DNA of 64,000 nt from Candidatus Latescibacterota bacterium (GCA_965208835.1 OZ242358.1:3872001-3936000), one strand, 5' to 3'; positions 39,648 through 50,282 are shown, counted from the stretch's first letter. Numbers and translations are program-made. Notes: generated by a model from the letters alone, not told the origin.

Positions 39648-39959
39648 CTACAAGACCCGATCGTGCCCCCACGGATCCTGTTTGACGATCTCGAATTCCT
39701 TGACCGGACTCCGGCCGCGGGGCGCGTCGTGCAACGTGGACGGATTGTAGGAGGCCCCTGCCAGCTTCAGCAGCGATTCCAGCTGGGGCTGGCCCAGCGT
39801 CAACCCCTCCAGAAACATCTCCTCGCCATTGATGTCCTTCACGGTGGTGCCTTCCGGCCCAACGAAAACCCTTCGCAACGCCCGCATGACCGCACGGTAT
39901 TCCCGGAAATACGCAAGCGCTCGGTCGGGGTCCCCGCCGTCGTATTTCAGTTCAGGCAT
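39648..39959 (-). CDS. Small hypothetical protein
   Basis: ATG at 39959 preceded by GGAGG; coding-like codon usage; no recognised domain. Confidence 0.6.
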   Translation of the reverse strand: MPELKYDGGDPDRALAYFREYRAVMRALRRVFVGPEGTTVKDINGEEMFLEGLTLGQPQLESLLKLAGASYNPSTLHDAPRGRSPVKEFEIVKQDPWGHDRVL

Positions 39960-40123
39960 CGATAGCCTCCGCGTTTCGTGCGTGCCTGTTACGTCCGCAA
40001 TAACCGTTTGATTCAAGACAAATATGGAAGTCCACCGCAAATCGGACAAGTGGATTCAACAGCCGCCACCGTCAGGCGGCATTTGTCTTTTGTAGACCTG
40101 TCAATGACCACATCAAACAACGC

Positions 40124-40179
40124 TTGCAGTTAATATGCGATTAGGTTATAATTTTGCTAAATTGTACCCTATAATTTAG
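40124..40179 (+). promoter_or_regulatory. Promoter and putative operator of the PFOR operon
   Basis: TTGCAG-N17-TATAAT (40124-40152) followed by inverted repeat ctaaatt-N9-aatttag (40157-40179). Confidence 0.55.
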
Positions 40180-40291
40180 TATTTCTAATTTCACATATTA
40201 CCCAACATGCATCGGTCCCGGTCTTGGATCGGGCTGGCGGACCGGCGTCAGGTTCCACGACGTCGTGTGCATATTGTAAAGGAGAACCGTC

Positions 40292-42313
40292 ATGGCGGAA
40301 AGCGCCAGAATACAGATTGACGGACGGCCAGGTGAATTTCCGTTTCCAGGCACCCCCGACGTGGGCGACGGAGGCGATGCCGCAATCTGGGTCGAAAAAC
40401 ACATCAGCCAGGGCGCCTGCGCCTACCCCATCACGTCTTCCTCCATTCTGGGAGAGAAATACAGCGCGGTGGTGTCCAACGGCGGCGTCAACCTCTGGGG
40501 CGACACCCTGATCTTCATCGAACCCGAGTCCGAACACAGTTCGGCTTCAGCGGCCGAAGGCTTTTCGGTGGCCGGCGGCCGGGTCACCAACTTCACCTCC
40601 GGCCAGGGCCTCGTTCTGATGAAGGAGGTGCTGTACACAATCTCGGGCAAACGTCTTCCGGCGGTCTTCCACATCGGCGCGCGCGCGTTGACCTCCCAAT
40701 CGCTCAATGTACACGCGGGCCACGATGACATCATGGCCGTTGCAGACTGTGGATGGGGCATCGTATTCGCCCGGAACACGCAGGAAGTCATGGACACCAC
40801 GCTCATCGCGCGCCGTGCCGCGGAAGCTTCCCAGACACCGTTCATGGTTGTGCAGGATGGATTCCTCACAACCCATACGGTGCAGAACGTCATGGCCATA
40901 GAGCCTGAACTCATGAAGCTTTTTGTCGGACGCCCGGAAGACAAGATTCAGAATCTGATGGATGTCGACAATCCGATGATGAGCGGCGTTGTTCAGAACC
41001 AGGACAGCTATATGAAGGGCAAGATCGCCCAGCGGTACTTCTACGATCGCGTTCCGGACGACCTGCAGGAAGCCATGCAGGAATTCTACAGGATGACCGG
41101 AAGGCGCTACGACATGATCGACGGATATCGGCTCGAAGACGCCGAGTACATCATCGTGGGTATGGGCAGCATGCTCGAGACCGCCCTCACCGCCGTCGAC
41201 TGGCTGCGGGAGACCGAAAACCTGAAAGTGGGCGCCCTTCACGTCACGTCGTTCCGCCCGTTCCCGGGCGTTGAGATCGTGGAGGCCCTGAAGAACGCAA
41301 AGGTCGTTTCCGTCGTGGAACGCATGGACAACCCCCTTGCGCAGTCCAATCCGCTTACCGCCGAAATCAAGTCTGCCTTCGTCGATGCCGCCTGCGGCTC
41401 GAACGGTTATCCGAGGATCGAACGCATCCCCAAGATTCTATCGGGGATGGCCGGCCTGGGAAGCCGCGACGTCCGGCCGGGCGACTTCATTGCCGCGGTC
41501 AGAAATATGCAGGCGGCGGCACCCCGGCGGAAGGAGCTCTTCGTCCTCAATATCGAACACGAACTGGCCCTTCAGAGGCAGCCCGATCCGGGAACACGGG
41601 AAGTCGGGGCCTTCGCGATGCGCGGGCACTCGATCGGCGGATACGGATCCGTTACGACAAATAAGGTTATCGCCACATTGTTGGCGAACCTGGGACTTCA
41701 CGTACAGGCCTACCCGAAATACGGATCGGAAAAGAAGGGTCTGCCCACCACCTATTACCTCACCGCAGCCAACGAACACATCCGGACCCACTCCGAACTG
41801 GAAGTCGTGGACTTTGTGCCGCTCAACGACGTCAACGCCTTCAATACCGCCAATCCGCTTGCCGGCGTTGTCGACGGCGGTATGGTCTTCATCCAGAGCC
41901 CCCATGCGGAGGCTGAGAAGGTATGGGACAATGTTCCCGGATGGGCCAAAAAGACATTCCGCACCAGAAACATCAAACCTCTTGGCCTGGATGCCGTCAA
42001 AATTGCCCTGGAAGAAGCACCGTCGCCGGATCTGATGCAACGTTTCCAGGGCATTGTTCTTCTGGGGATCTTCCTGAAACACACGCCCTTTCAGAAAGAC
42101 CTGAATCTCACGGAAGACGAGCTGTTCGTGAACGTGGAAAATGCGGTCAACAAATACTGGGGCAGCAAGGGCAAGGGCGTCGTTGACGCCAACATGAACG
42201 CGATCATGAGAGGTTACCGGGAAGTCTTCGAAGTCCCGCGGGAACTGATCGAAAGCACAATCGATCAGGAAACGGACGCACTTCCGGCCGGTTTGGTCTC
42301 GATCGGATGCTGA
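40292..42313 (+). CDS. Pyruvate:ferredoxin oxidoreductase, fused alpha+gamma subunit
   Basis: YPITSS, ESEHSS, FTSGQGLVLMKE, HIGARA, DGFLTTH, GGYGSVT, YGSEKKG motifs. Confidence 0.92.
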   Translation: MAESARIQIDGRPGEFPFPGTPDVGDGGDAAIWVEKHISQGACAYPITSSSILGEKYSAVVSNGGVNLWGDTLIFIEPESEHSSASAAEGFSVAGGRVTNFTSGQGLVLMKEVLYTISGKRLPAVFHIGARALTSQSLNVHAGHDDIMAVADCGWGIVFARNTQEVMDTTLIARRAAEASQTPFMVVQDGFLTTHTVQNVMAIEPELMKLFVGRPEDKIQNLMDVDNPMMSGVVQNQDSYMKGKIAQRYFYDRVPDDLQEAMQEFYRMTGRRYDMIDGYRLEDAEYIIVGMGSMLETALTAVDWLRETENLKVGALHVTSFRPFPGVEIVEALKNAKVVSVVERMDNPLAQSNPLTAEIKSAFVDAACGSNGYPRIERIPKILSGMAGLGSRDVRPGDFIAAVRNMQAAAPRRKELFVLNIEHELALQRQPDPGTREVGAFAMRGHSIGGYGSVTTNKVIATLLANLGLHVQAYPKYGSEKKGLPTTYYLTAANEHIRTHSELEVVDFVPLNDVNAFNTANPLAGVVDGGMVFIQSPHAEAEKVWDNVPGWAKKTFRTRNIKPLGLDAVKIALEEAPSPDLMQRFQGIVLLGIFLKHTPFQKDLNLTEDELFVNVENAVNKYWGSKGKGVVDANMNAIMRGYREVFEVPRELIESTIDQETDALPAGLVSIGC

Positions 42314-42437
42314 CCGGTCGTGTCCGTCCCGCTCACAGCGTGATTCCGGTCGCGTGACGATATGACGTCGATAGAAACATAAACCGTAAAGATCCGGCCG
42401 ATTGAGGTCGTTCAAGCCGGATCGGGAGTAAATTACC

Positions 42438-44081
42438 ATGTCGACCAATGGCAAAGGCGAGCCCTCCACACTGCTGAGCGTCAGTTCATTGGAGGAAATG
42501 GATGAGGAGCCGATCTCTTCGTCTCCACTCAACCTGCATACCCTGCTCGATATCGAAGACTTCAACGGCCGCGTTGTGGCCGGCTACAATACAGGCATTG
42601 CCGAACAGGGGTTGCCTGCCGACGTCGGCGTTGCCCGCAGCCTCGTGGGGCCGGGCACCGGCGCCCTTCGCGACTTCAGCTACATCGCGCCCGAGATCCC
42701 GGAATTCATCCAGGAGAACTGCGTCGGCTGCATGGACTGCGTCACCGAATGTCCCGATACGGCCATACTGGGCAAGATTGCGACCCGCGAAGACCTGGAC
42801 GCCGCGCTGGCCAGGACGACCGATCCGGAAAAGAGGGAATTCCTGCGCAACCAGTTTTCCGAGACTTCGAAGTACTACAAGAACTTTGAGAAAAAGGGCA
42901 AGGAAGGCGCTTACTTCGGCATCTTCATAGACCCCACCAAGTGCAAGGGCTGCGCCGAATGCGTCGAGGTCTGCGCCGACAAGGATGCCCTGAAAATGGT
43001 CACCAAAACGGAAGACAACCTGGAGGAATTCCGCGCTGCCTGGGACTTCCACAACGACCTGCCTGAATCTCCGAGCGAATATATCCTGGACAAATCCGTT
43101 CAGGACATGATGCTGGCCGAACGATCTCTGCTCTACGTGGGCGGCGCGGGATCATGCATGGGCTGCGGAGAAGCCACGGCCCTGCGTATGATGCTGGCGT
43201 CCACGGGTTATCTGCACGGGCCCGAAAACATCGGCCTCGTCGCATCCACGGGCTGCAACACCGTCTACACCTCCACCTATCCATACAACCCTTATACGGT
43301 GCCCTGGACCAACTCCCTCTTCGAAAACGGGCCCACCGATGCCATGGGCGTGCGGGCCCGCTGGGACCAGATGGGCTGGCGGGACAAGAAGATATGGGTC
43401 ATAGGCGGAGACGGGGCCATGCTGGATATCGGTTTCCAGGCGCTCTCACGGATGCTCATGTCAGGTATGAATATCAACGTCCTGGTCCTGGATACCCAGG
43501 TCTACTCCAATACAGGCGGACAGGCCTCCACCTCCAGTTACATGGGGCAGAACACCAAGATGTCCGTCCACGGCTCCGCCGTTCCCGGAAAAACCGAACG
43601 CCGCAAGGAACTCGGACAGATCTGCATGATGCATCCGGACACCTTCGTGGCCCAGACCATCTGCAGCCTGCAGAACCACTTCTACCGCGCGATCGCCGCG
43701 GCCAACGAGTTCGACGGCCCGGCCGTTATCAACGTATTCACCACGTGCCAGCCCGAACACGGTGTGGGAGACCACCTGGCCGGACACCAGGCCAAACTTG
43801 CCATGGAGTCCCGGGCATTCCCCATTTTCATCTACGATCCGCGCAAGGGAGAACGCATCAAGGAGCGGCTGGATCTCCGGGGCAATCCCGCCGTAAAGGA
43901 CGACTGGTATACCATTCGCAAAACCGGCGAAACCGTCGACTTTGTTACTTTCGCCCGGACCGAAGGGCGTTTCGCCAAGCACTTCGACAAAGACGGAAAC
44001 CCTTCCGAAACCTTGATGGCCGCCCAGGAAGACCGCCGGCAGAACTGGCGCATGCTCCAGGAGATGGCCGGCATTATCTAA
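42438..44081 (+). CDS. Pyruvate:ferredoxin oxidoreductase, fused ferredoxin(delta)+TPP-binding beta subunit
   Basis: CVGCMDCVTECP and CKGCAECVEVC 4Fe-4S motifs; SCMGCGE, ASTGC, GGDGAMLDIG, YSNTGGQ. Confidence 0.92.
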   Translation: MSTNGKGEPSTLLSVSSLEEMDEEPISSSPLNLHTLLDIEDFNGRVVAGYNTGIAEQGLPADVGVARSLVGPGTGALRDFSYIAPEIPEFIQENCVGCMDCVTECPDTAILGKIATREDLDAALARTTDPEKREFLRNQFSETSKYYKNFEKKGKEGAYFGIFIDPTKCKGCAECVEVCADKDALKMVTKTEDNLEEFRAAWDFHNDLPESPSEYILDKSVQDMMLAERSLLYVGGAGSCMGCGEATALRMMLASTGYLHGPENIGLVASTGCNTVYTSTYPYNPYTVPWTNSLFENGPTDAMGVRARWDQMGWRDKKIWVIGGDGAMLDIGFQALSRMLMSGMNINVLVLDTQVYSNTGGQASTSSYMGQNTKMSVHGSAVPGKTERRKELGQICMMHPDTFVAQTICSLQNHFYRAIAAANEFDGPAVINVFTTCQPEHGVGDHLAGHQAKLAMESRAFPIFIYDPRKGERIKERLDLRGNPAVKDDWYTIRKTGETVDFVTFARTEGRFAKHFDKDGNPSETLMAAQEDRRQNWRMLQEMAGII

Positions 44082-44267
44082 GAAGCTGTCTCAAAATTCC
44101 CAGCGGTCTTCGCGCGGCTGCAAGAGCGCCGGTCGGCGTTGGTCAAATCCACCCGTCTTACGAGATCGAGGCTGCGCTTGCTCGCCTCTCATAGGCGAAT
44201 TTTCCCGCCTTGACCGCCACTTTTTCGCTCGCGCTCGGGAACTCACCGGTAATTTTAAAACAGCTTC
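44082..44267 (-). mobile_element. MITE-like element copy 3 (186 bp, long variant)
   Basis: Starts immediately after the TAA stop of PFOR beta; flanks TAA/TGA; reverse copy of 32210-32395. Confidence 0.8.
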
Positions 44268-44308
44268 TGAACCCTCGCCGCAGGCAGTTTAAATGGTCTC
44301 TGCACTGA

Positions 44309-44351
44309 AAGCCTCTGGAGGAGTGCCTCCGGGGGTTTTCTTGTTTTGTTT
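44309..44351 (+). terminator. Rho-independent terminator of the PFOR operon
   Basis: gcctctggagg-agtg-cctccgggggt followed by a T-rich tail. Confidence 0.65.
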
Positions 44352-44381
44352 CCGCTCCTGCCGTGCGAAAGGGCAACATAT

Positions 44382-44410
44382 TTGACTTTTCGGGCGTCTA
44401 CGGGTAAATT
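44382..44410 (+). promoter_or_regulatory. Sigma70-type promoter for aceE
   Basis: TTGACT-N17-TAAATT. Confidence 0.55.
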
Positions 44411-44525
44411 CAGGAGCCGATTGGACATCGATCGATTCGCCTGTATCGGCCGAGCGGGTGGACGAGGTTTCCCCTCGCGCCGGAGAACACCAGGAATTCT
44501 GAAACAACCTCTAACGAGGCCGCGA

Positions 44526-47228
44526 ATGTCTGATAAAGTCATCCGAGTTCCCTCCCGAGACGTCGACCCCGCAGAAACCCAGGACTGGGTCGAGTCGCTC
44601 GACTACGCCCTGAAAAACTACGGTCCGGACCGGGTGCGCTTCCTGTTCAAGAAAATCGAAGAGTGGGCGCACCGTGCGGAAGTCGTCATCCCCTTCAGCG
44701 CCAATACGCCCTATGTCAACACGATTCCGGCGGACCAGCAGCACCCGTATCCGGGCAACCGCGAAATCGAACGCCGCATCAAGAGCATCATTCGATGGAA
44801 CGCGATGGCGATGGTGGTCCGAGCCAACCGGGAATACGATGGGATTGGCGGCCATATTTCCACCTATGCGTCGGCCGCCACGCTGCTCGAGGTGGGTTTC
44901 GACCACTTCTTTCACGGACGGGGCAACGGATTCGTGGGCGACCAGGTGTATTTCCAGGGGCACGCCGCGCCGGGTGTCTACGCGCGGGCGTTCCTCGAAG
45001 GCAGGATCGACGAGCAGGCCCTGGAAAATTTCCGCCGGGACCTCCGGCGCCCCGGCGGCCTCTCCTCCTATCCGCATCCATGGCTGATGCCGGACTTCTG
45101 GGAATATCCAACCGTATCCATGGGCCTGGCGCCCATAATGGGCATCTATCACGCGCGTTTCAACCGCTACCTGGAGGACCGGGGTCTCAGGGACACCTCC
45201 GGTTCCCACGTGTGGGTCTTCATGGGCGACGGAGAAACCGACGAACCTGAATCCCTCGGCGCGATTACCCTGGCGTCCAGGGAAAAGCTGGACAACCTCA
45301 TCTTCGTGATCAACTGCAATCTCCAGCGGCTGGACGGACCCGTACGCGGCAACGGCAAGATCATCCAGGAATTGGAAGCCGCCTTCCGCGGCGCCGGCTG
45401 GAACGTCATCAAGGTGATCTGGGGAGACGACTGGGACCCATTGCTGAATCGCGACCACGAAGGGATACTGGTCCAGCGAATGAACGAAGTGGTGGACGGC
45501 CAATACCAGAAATACACAGTTGAATCGGGCGAATATATCCGCAGAGATTTCTTCGGCACCCACCCCGGGCTGCTCGACATGGTCGACCACCTTTCGGACG
45601 AGCAGCTGCAGAAGATGCGCCGCGGCGGGCACGACCCGGAAAAGGTATTCGCCGCGTACAAGTCGGCCGTTGAGCACAAGGGTTCGCCCACCGTCATCCT
45701 GGCGAAGACAATCAAGGGTTACGGTGTAGGCGAATCCGGCGAGGGCCGGAACGTCACTCACCAGCAGAAAAAACTCAATGAAGACGAACTGCGGGAATTC
45801 CGATCTCGATTCGGGATTCCCATCTCGGACGACGAGGTCGCCGCCGCGCCCTTCTACCGGCCTCCTGAAGACAGTCCCGAGATCGAGTATATGAAACAAC
45901 GCCGCGAGGAGCTGGGCGGGTACCTGCCCCGCAGGCAGGTCAACACGGAGCCCCTCGCCGCTCCCGGTCTGCACCTTTTCGACGAATTCCTGAAGGGCAC
46001 GAAGGGGCGGCAGGCCTCGACGACGATGGCCTTCGTGAGGATGTTCTCGAAGCTCCTGCGCGATCCCGAGATCGGCAATCTCATCGTGCCCATCATTCCG
46101 GACGAAGCCCGCACGTTCGGAATGGAACCGCTCTTTCGTCAATGCGGAATCTACTCCCGCGTCGGCCAGCTCTACGAGCCCGTCGACGCCGACAGGCTTC
46201 TGTATTACCGGGAAGTCAGGGAGGGGCAGATCCTGGAAGAAGGCATCAACGAAGCCGGTTCCATGTGCTCGTTCATCGCAGCCGGCACCGCCTATGCGAC
46301 ATGCGGCGTGAACACAATCCCGTTTTTCATCTACTACTCCATGTTCGGCTTTCAGCGCATCGGGGACCTGATCTGGGCCGCAGCGGACATGCGGTGCAAG
46401 GGGTTTCTCCTCGGCGGCACGGCCGGACGGACGACGTTGAACGGAGAGGGTCTTCAGCACCAGGACGGCCACAGCCACGTGCTGGCCAACACCGTCCCCA
46501 ATTTGCTTACGTACGATCCTGCATATGCGTACGAAATCGCGGTCATCGTACAGGACGGGATCCGGCGGATGTACGGTAATCAGGAAGACGTCTTCTATTA
46601 TCTGACGCTGGGAAACGAACCCTACGACATGCCCGCCATGCCGGAGGGCGCCGGGGAAGGCATCATCAAAGGCATCTATAAGCTCAAGGAGCAGTCGCTG
46701 GAAAACGCGGCGCACCAGGTTCAACTGTTCGGCAGCGGCGCTATCCTGAGAGAGGCCATTCGCGCCCGGAGCATTCTGGCTGAGAGATATGACATCTCCG
46801 CGCAGGTCTGGAGCGTCACCAGTTACAAGGAACTGCGACGAGACGCCCTCGAAACCGAGCGCTGGAACCGATTACACCCGTCGGAACCCCCGCGCAAGCC
46901 CTACATCTCGGAAGTACTCGAAGACGCCCGCGGCCCCATCGTGGCCGCTTCCGATTACATGAAGATCCTGCCCGACATGATCCGACCGTGGGTGCCGCTG
47001 GATCTGGTTGCGCTGGGTACCGACGGCTTTGGAAGAAGCGATACCAGGGAGGCGCTTCGCCGGCACTTCGAAGTCGATGCCGAGTCCATCGCCGTCGCCA
47101 CGCTCCACGCCCTCGCCAGCCAGGGGAGGATCGGACCGGACCGGGTTGCGCGCGCCATCGAGGACCTTGGCGTCGACCCCGAAAAGGCCAATCCGGTCGC
47201 GGCCGGCCCAACATTGAGTTACGGATAG
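44526..47228 (+). CDS. aceE: Pyruvate dehydrogenase E1 (homodimeric type)
   Basis: DVDP.ET..W, IRWNAMAMV, GGHISTYAS, FQGH, SSYPHPWLMP, GDGETDE, NLQRLDGPVRGN, EGINEAG, GTDGFGRSD. Confidence 0.96.
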   Translation: MSDKVIRVPSRDVDPAETQDWVESLDYALKNYGPDRVRFLFKKIEEWAHRAEVVIPFSANTPYVNTIPADQQHPYPGNREIERRIKSIIRWNAMAMVVRANREYDGIGGHISTYASAATLLEVGFDHFFHGRGNGFVGDQVYFQGHAAPGVYARAFLEGRIDEQALENFRRDLRRPGGLSSYPHPWLMPDFWEYPTVSMGLAPIMGIYHARFNRYLEDRGLRDTSGSHVWVFMGDGETDEPESLGAITLASREKLDNLIFVINCNLQRLDGPVRGNGKIIQELEAAFRGAGWNVIKVIWGDDWDPLLNRDHEGILVQRMNEVVDGQYQKYTVESGEYIRRDFFGTHPGLLDMVDHLSDEQLQKMRRGGHDPEKVFAAYKSAVEHKGSPTVILAKTIKGYGVGESGEGRNVTHQQKKLNEDELREFRSRFGIPISDDEVAAAPFYRPPEDSPEIEYMKQRREELGGYLPRRQVNTEPLAAPGLHLFDEFLKGTKGRQASTTMAFVRMFSKLLRDPEIGNLIVPIIPDEARTFGMEPLFRQCGIYSRVGQLYEPVDADRLLYYREVREGQILEEGINEAGSMCSFIAAGTAYATCGVNTIPFFIYYSMFGFQRIGDLIWAAADMRCKGFLLGGTAGRTTLNGEGLQHQDGHSHVLANTVPNLLTYDPAYAYEIAVIVQDGIRRMYGNQEDVFYYLTLGNEPYDMPAMPEGAGEGIIKGIYKLKEQSLENAAHQVQLFGSGAILREAIRARSILAERYDISAQVWSVTSYKELRRDALETERWNRLHPSEPPRKPYISEVLEDARGPIVAASDYMKILPDMIRPWVPLDLVALGTDGFGRSDTREALRRHFEVDAESIAVATLHALASQGRIGPDRVARAIEDLGVDPEKANPVAAGPTLSYG

Positions 47229-47506
47229 TCGTGTCAGGTACCGGAAACAGGTTGCCATTGATCCGTCGGATCAAACCGGCTCGCCGCCGGCAGACTTTGA
47301 CGAACTGCAACGTGAGAGGCTGCTGAACCGTCTCTACGAAGAACAGGCATCCGCGAATTGACATCGTGAGGGCGTTCCGGTAACCGGGTTTGGCTGACTG
47401 CTGAGAGTTGACAGCTGTTTTTTCTGCTTCCGGTTGGGCCAATCCGGGCGGTTAATTTCCGGGACTGAACGCCGGCGTCGTCTGTAGCGCCCGAAAAGGA
47501 GGAACC

Positions 47507-48799
47507 GTGGCTGAGGAAATCAGACTTCCGGACCTTGGCGAAGGCATCGATCAGGGCGACGTGGTGCGCATCCTGGTCTCGGAAGGAGATTCGATCGAGG
47601 TCGATCAGCCCGTCATCGAACTTGAAACAGACAAGGCGCTGGTTGAAGTTCCATCGTCAGTTGCCGGAACCGTCGCTACGGTCAACGTCAGCAGTGGCGA
47701 AAGCATCTCACCCGGCGCCGTGCTCGTCACCGTCAACGCGGAACAGGCGGGCGACACCCCGGAAGCCGTACGGGAGTCGCACGCGAAGGACAAGAACGAA
47801 CAGCAGCCTCCCACGGACGCGCCGGCGGAACGGCGAGCGCCGCCCGATCCGGTGAACGCGGACACGGACGAAGAAACGCCCGCCGTCGTGAAATCCTCAA
47901 GCGTCACCGTGCCGGCCGCTCCTTCCGTGCGGCGGTTCGCACGGGAACTCGGCGTCGATCTCCGGCAGGTTCCGGGCAGCGGAGCGGGAGGACGGATCAC
48001 CCGTGACGACGTGAAGAGCTATGTACAGTCCTCCCTGAACGAATCGGCGCAGGCCGGACCCGTCGTCGCGCCTGACCTGCCGGACTTCACCCGATGGGGC
48101 CACGTCGAGCGACAACCCCTGCCAGGTGTCCGCAGAACCATTGCGCAGAACGTGGGCACGGCGTGGGCGCAGATCCCCCACGTCACGCAGTTCGACCGGG
48201 CCGACGTGACGGACCTGGAGGCTTTCAGGCAGCGACAAAAGGCCAGTACCGAAGCGCGGGGCGGCAAGCTCACGCCCACGCCATTTGTACTGAAAGCCGT
48301 TGTCAGCGCACTGAAGGCCTTCCCGCAGTTCAACGCCAGCCTGGACCAGGCGGCCGGACAGCTCGTCCTCAAGCACTACTACCACATCGGCGTGGCCGTT
48401 GATACGGAGCGTGGCCTGCTCGTGCCGGTTATCCGCGACGTCGACCGGCGCGACATCTTCGAACTGGCCATTCAACTCGACGACCTCGCCCGCCGCACGC
48501 GGGAGGGACGGGCCGATCTCGAAGAGCTTCAGGGCGGCACCTTTACCGTCACCAACCTGGGGAGCATCGGCGGGACTTCCTTCACTCCGATCGTCAATTT
48601 CCCCGAAGTCGCCATACTCGGCATGGGACGGTCCCGGCAGGAACCCGTCGTGCGCGATGGGCGCATCGAAGCCCGTCTCATCATGCCTGTCTGCCTGTCT
48701 TACGATCATCGCGTCGTGGATGGCGCCGACGGCGCACGATTCACAAGGCACCTGGTTGAGTCCCTCGAAAACCCGGAACGTCTGCTACTCGGGGGATGA
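47507..48799 (+). CDS. aceF: Dihydrolipoamide acetyltransferase E2
   Basis: Single lipoyl domain ETDKA; A.PSVRRFARELGVDL binding domain; catalytic YDHRVVDGA. Confidence 0.93.
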   Translation: MAEEIRLPDLGEGIDQGDVVRILVSEGDSIEVDQPVIELETDKALVEVPSSVAGTVATVNVSSGESISPGAVLVTVNAEQAGDTPEAVRESHAKDKNEQQPPTDAPAERRAPPDPVNADTDEETPAVVKSSSVTVPAAPSVRRFARELGVDLRQVPGSGAGGRITRDDVKSYVQSSLNESAQAGPVVAPDLPDFTRWGHVERQPLPGVRRTIAQNVGTAWAQIPHVTQFDRADVTDLEAFRQRQKASTEARGGKLTPTPFVLKAVVSALKAFPQFNASLDQAAGQLVLKHYYHIGVAVDTERGLLVPVIRDVDRRDIFELAIQLDDLARRTREGRADLEELQGGTFTVTNLGSIGGTSFTPIVNFPEVAILGMGRSRQEPVVRDGRIEARLIMPVCLSYDHRVVDGADGARFTRHLVESLENPERLLLGG

Positions 48800-48863
48800 A
48801 CCCCATTCCACAAACCCGATGGCCCGCACCAGGGCCATCCCGCTACCCTTGTCCGGAGCGACC

Positions 48864-50282
48864 ATGCCGGAAGGTACCCACAGGACCGACCTCCTCGTAA
48901 TCGGCGGCGGGCCGGGCGGTTACGCCGCCGCTTTCAGGTCGGCGGACCTCGGAATCCCGGTTACGCTGGTGGAAGCCGACGACCGGCTCGGAGGAACCTG
49001 CCTGCTCCACGGTTGCATCCCCTCAAAAGCCCTGCTGCACGTCGCAGGCCTGATTTCGGAATCCCGCGAAGCGGCAGCGTGCGGATTAACGTTCTCCGAA
49101 CCGGAAATCGATCTCGATAAAATGCGCGGCTGGAAAGACGGGATTCTCACGAAGCTCTCGCGCGGCCTCGACGCGTTGTGCCGTCGGCGCCGGGTCAGGC
49201 GCATCCGCGGCCGCGCCGCGTTCGAGTCTTCCCAACGGGTCCGAATCTCGGGCGGTGACGACGTCTCTAAGATCGACTTCGTGCATGCCATCGTCGCCAC
49301 GGGGTCCCGGCCGGCGTTGCCGCCAATTTTTGACATTGACAGTCCGAAAATCCTGGACTCGACCAGGGCGCTTGACCTGGAGAACATCCCCGATCGCATA
49401 CTTGCCGTAGGCGGGGGTATCGTCGGACTCGAACTGAGCACCGTCTACGCCCGGCTTGGAAGCCGGGTGACGCTCGTCGAGATTACCGACGGCCTCCTGC
49501 CCGGCGTGGACCGGGACCTGGTCAAACCCCTGCAAAAACACGTCGAAGGCATTTTCGACGGAATCCACGTCAACACCGCCGTCGCCTCCCTGGAAGAAGG
49601 CGAATACGAGATTACAGCAAGTTTTGATGGGGATTTCAAGGGGGGCTCGCAGGCCTTCGACAACATCCTGCTCTCTGCCGGCCGGGTTCCAAACACCGGG
49701 GATCTGGGGCTGGAAAACACGAGGGTCGAGCTCTCGGATGCCGGCTTCATTGTCGTCGACGGACACATGCGCACGGCCGATACCCGCATTTTCGCCCTTG
49801 GAGACGTTGTGGATGGCCCCGGGCTCGCCCACAAGGCCGCCCACCAGGGGAAAGTTGCCGCCGAGGTCATCGCCGGGCAACCCGCGGCCTTTGACAGCAT
49901 CGTCCCCTCCGTCGTCTACACGGACCCGGAGATCGCGTGGTGCGGCCTGACGGAAACCGAGGCGCGTATACAGGAGCATCCTGTCAAGACCGCCCGCTAC
50001 CCCTGGGCCGCCTCGGGCCGGGCTGCAACTATCGGCCGTACCGAGGGGCTTACGAAACTGATTTTCGACCCGGAAACCAGCCGAATTCTGGGGGCGGGGA
50101 TCGTCGGCCCCAACGCCGGCGAACTCATCGCCGAAGCCGTCCTCGGTGTCGAAATGGGCGCTGTCGCCGAAGACCTGGCGCACACGATCCACCCCCATCC
50201 TTCCCTGTCAGAATCCCTGGGCATCGCCGCCGAGGTACATCTGGGCACCGCGACCGACCTCTACATTCCAAAAAAGAGATAA
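48864..50282 (+). CDS. lpdA: Dihydrolipoamide dehydrogenase E3
   Basis: GGGPGGY, GTCLLHGCIPSK, GGGIVGLE, HPHPSLSE; start ATG 48864. Confidence 0.95.
   Translation: MPEGTHRTDLLVIGGGPGGYAAAFRSADLGIPVTLVEADDRLGGTCLLHGCIPSKALLHVAGLISESREAAACGLTFSEPEIDLDKMRGWKDGILTKLSRGLDALCRRRRVRRIRGRAAFESSQRVRISGGDDVSKIDFVHAIVATGSRPALPPIFDIDSPKILDSTRALDLENIPDRILAVGGGIVGLELSTVYARLGSRVTLVEITDGLLPGVDRDLVKPLQKHVEGIFDGIHVNTAVASLEEGEYEITASFDGDFKGGSQAFDNILLSAGRVPNTGDLGLENTRVELSDAGFIVVDGHMRTADTRIFALGDVVDGPGLAHKAAHQGKVAAEVIAGQPAAFDSIVPSVVYTDPEIAWCGLTETEARIQEHPVKTARYPWAASGRAATIGRTEGLTKLIFDPETSRILGAGIVGPNAGELIAEAVLGVEMGAVAEDLAHTIHPHPSLSESLGIAAEVHLGTATDLYIPKKR

Noticed and set aside
44511-46724. 737-aa minus-strand ORF
   Set aside because: Antisense shadow of aceE.
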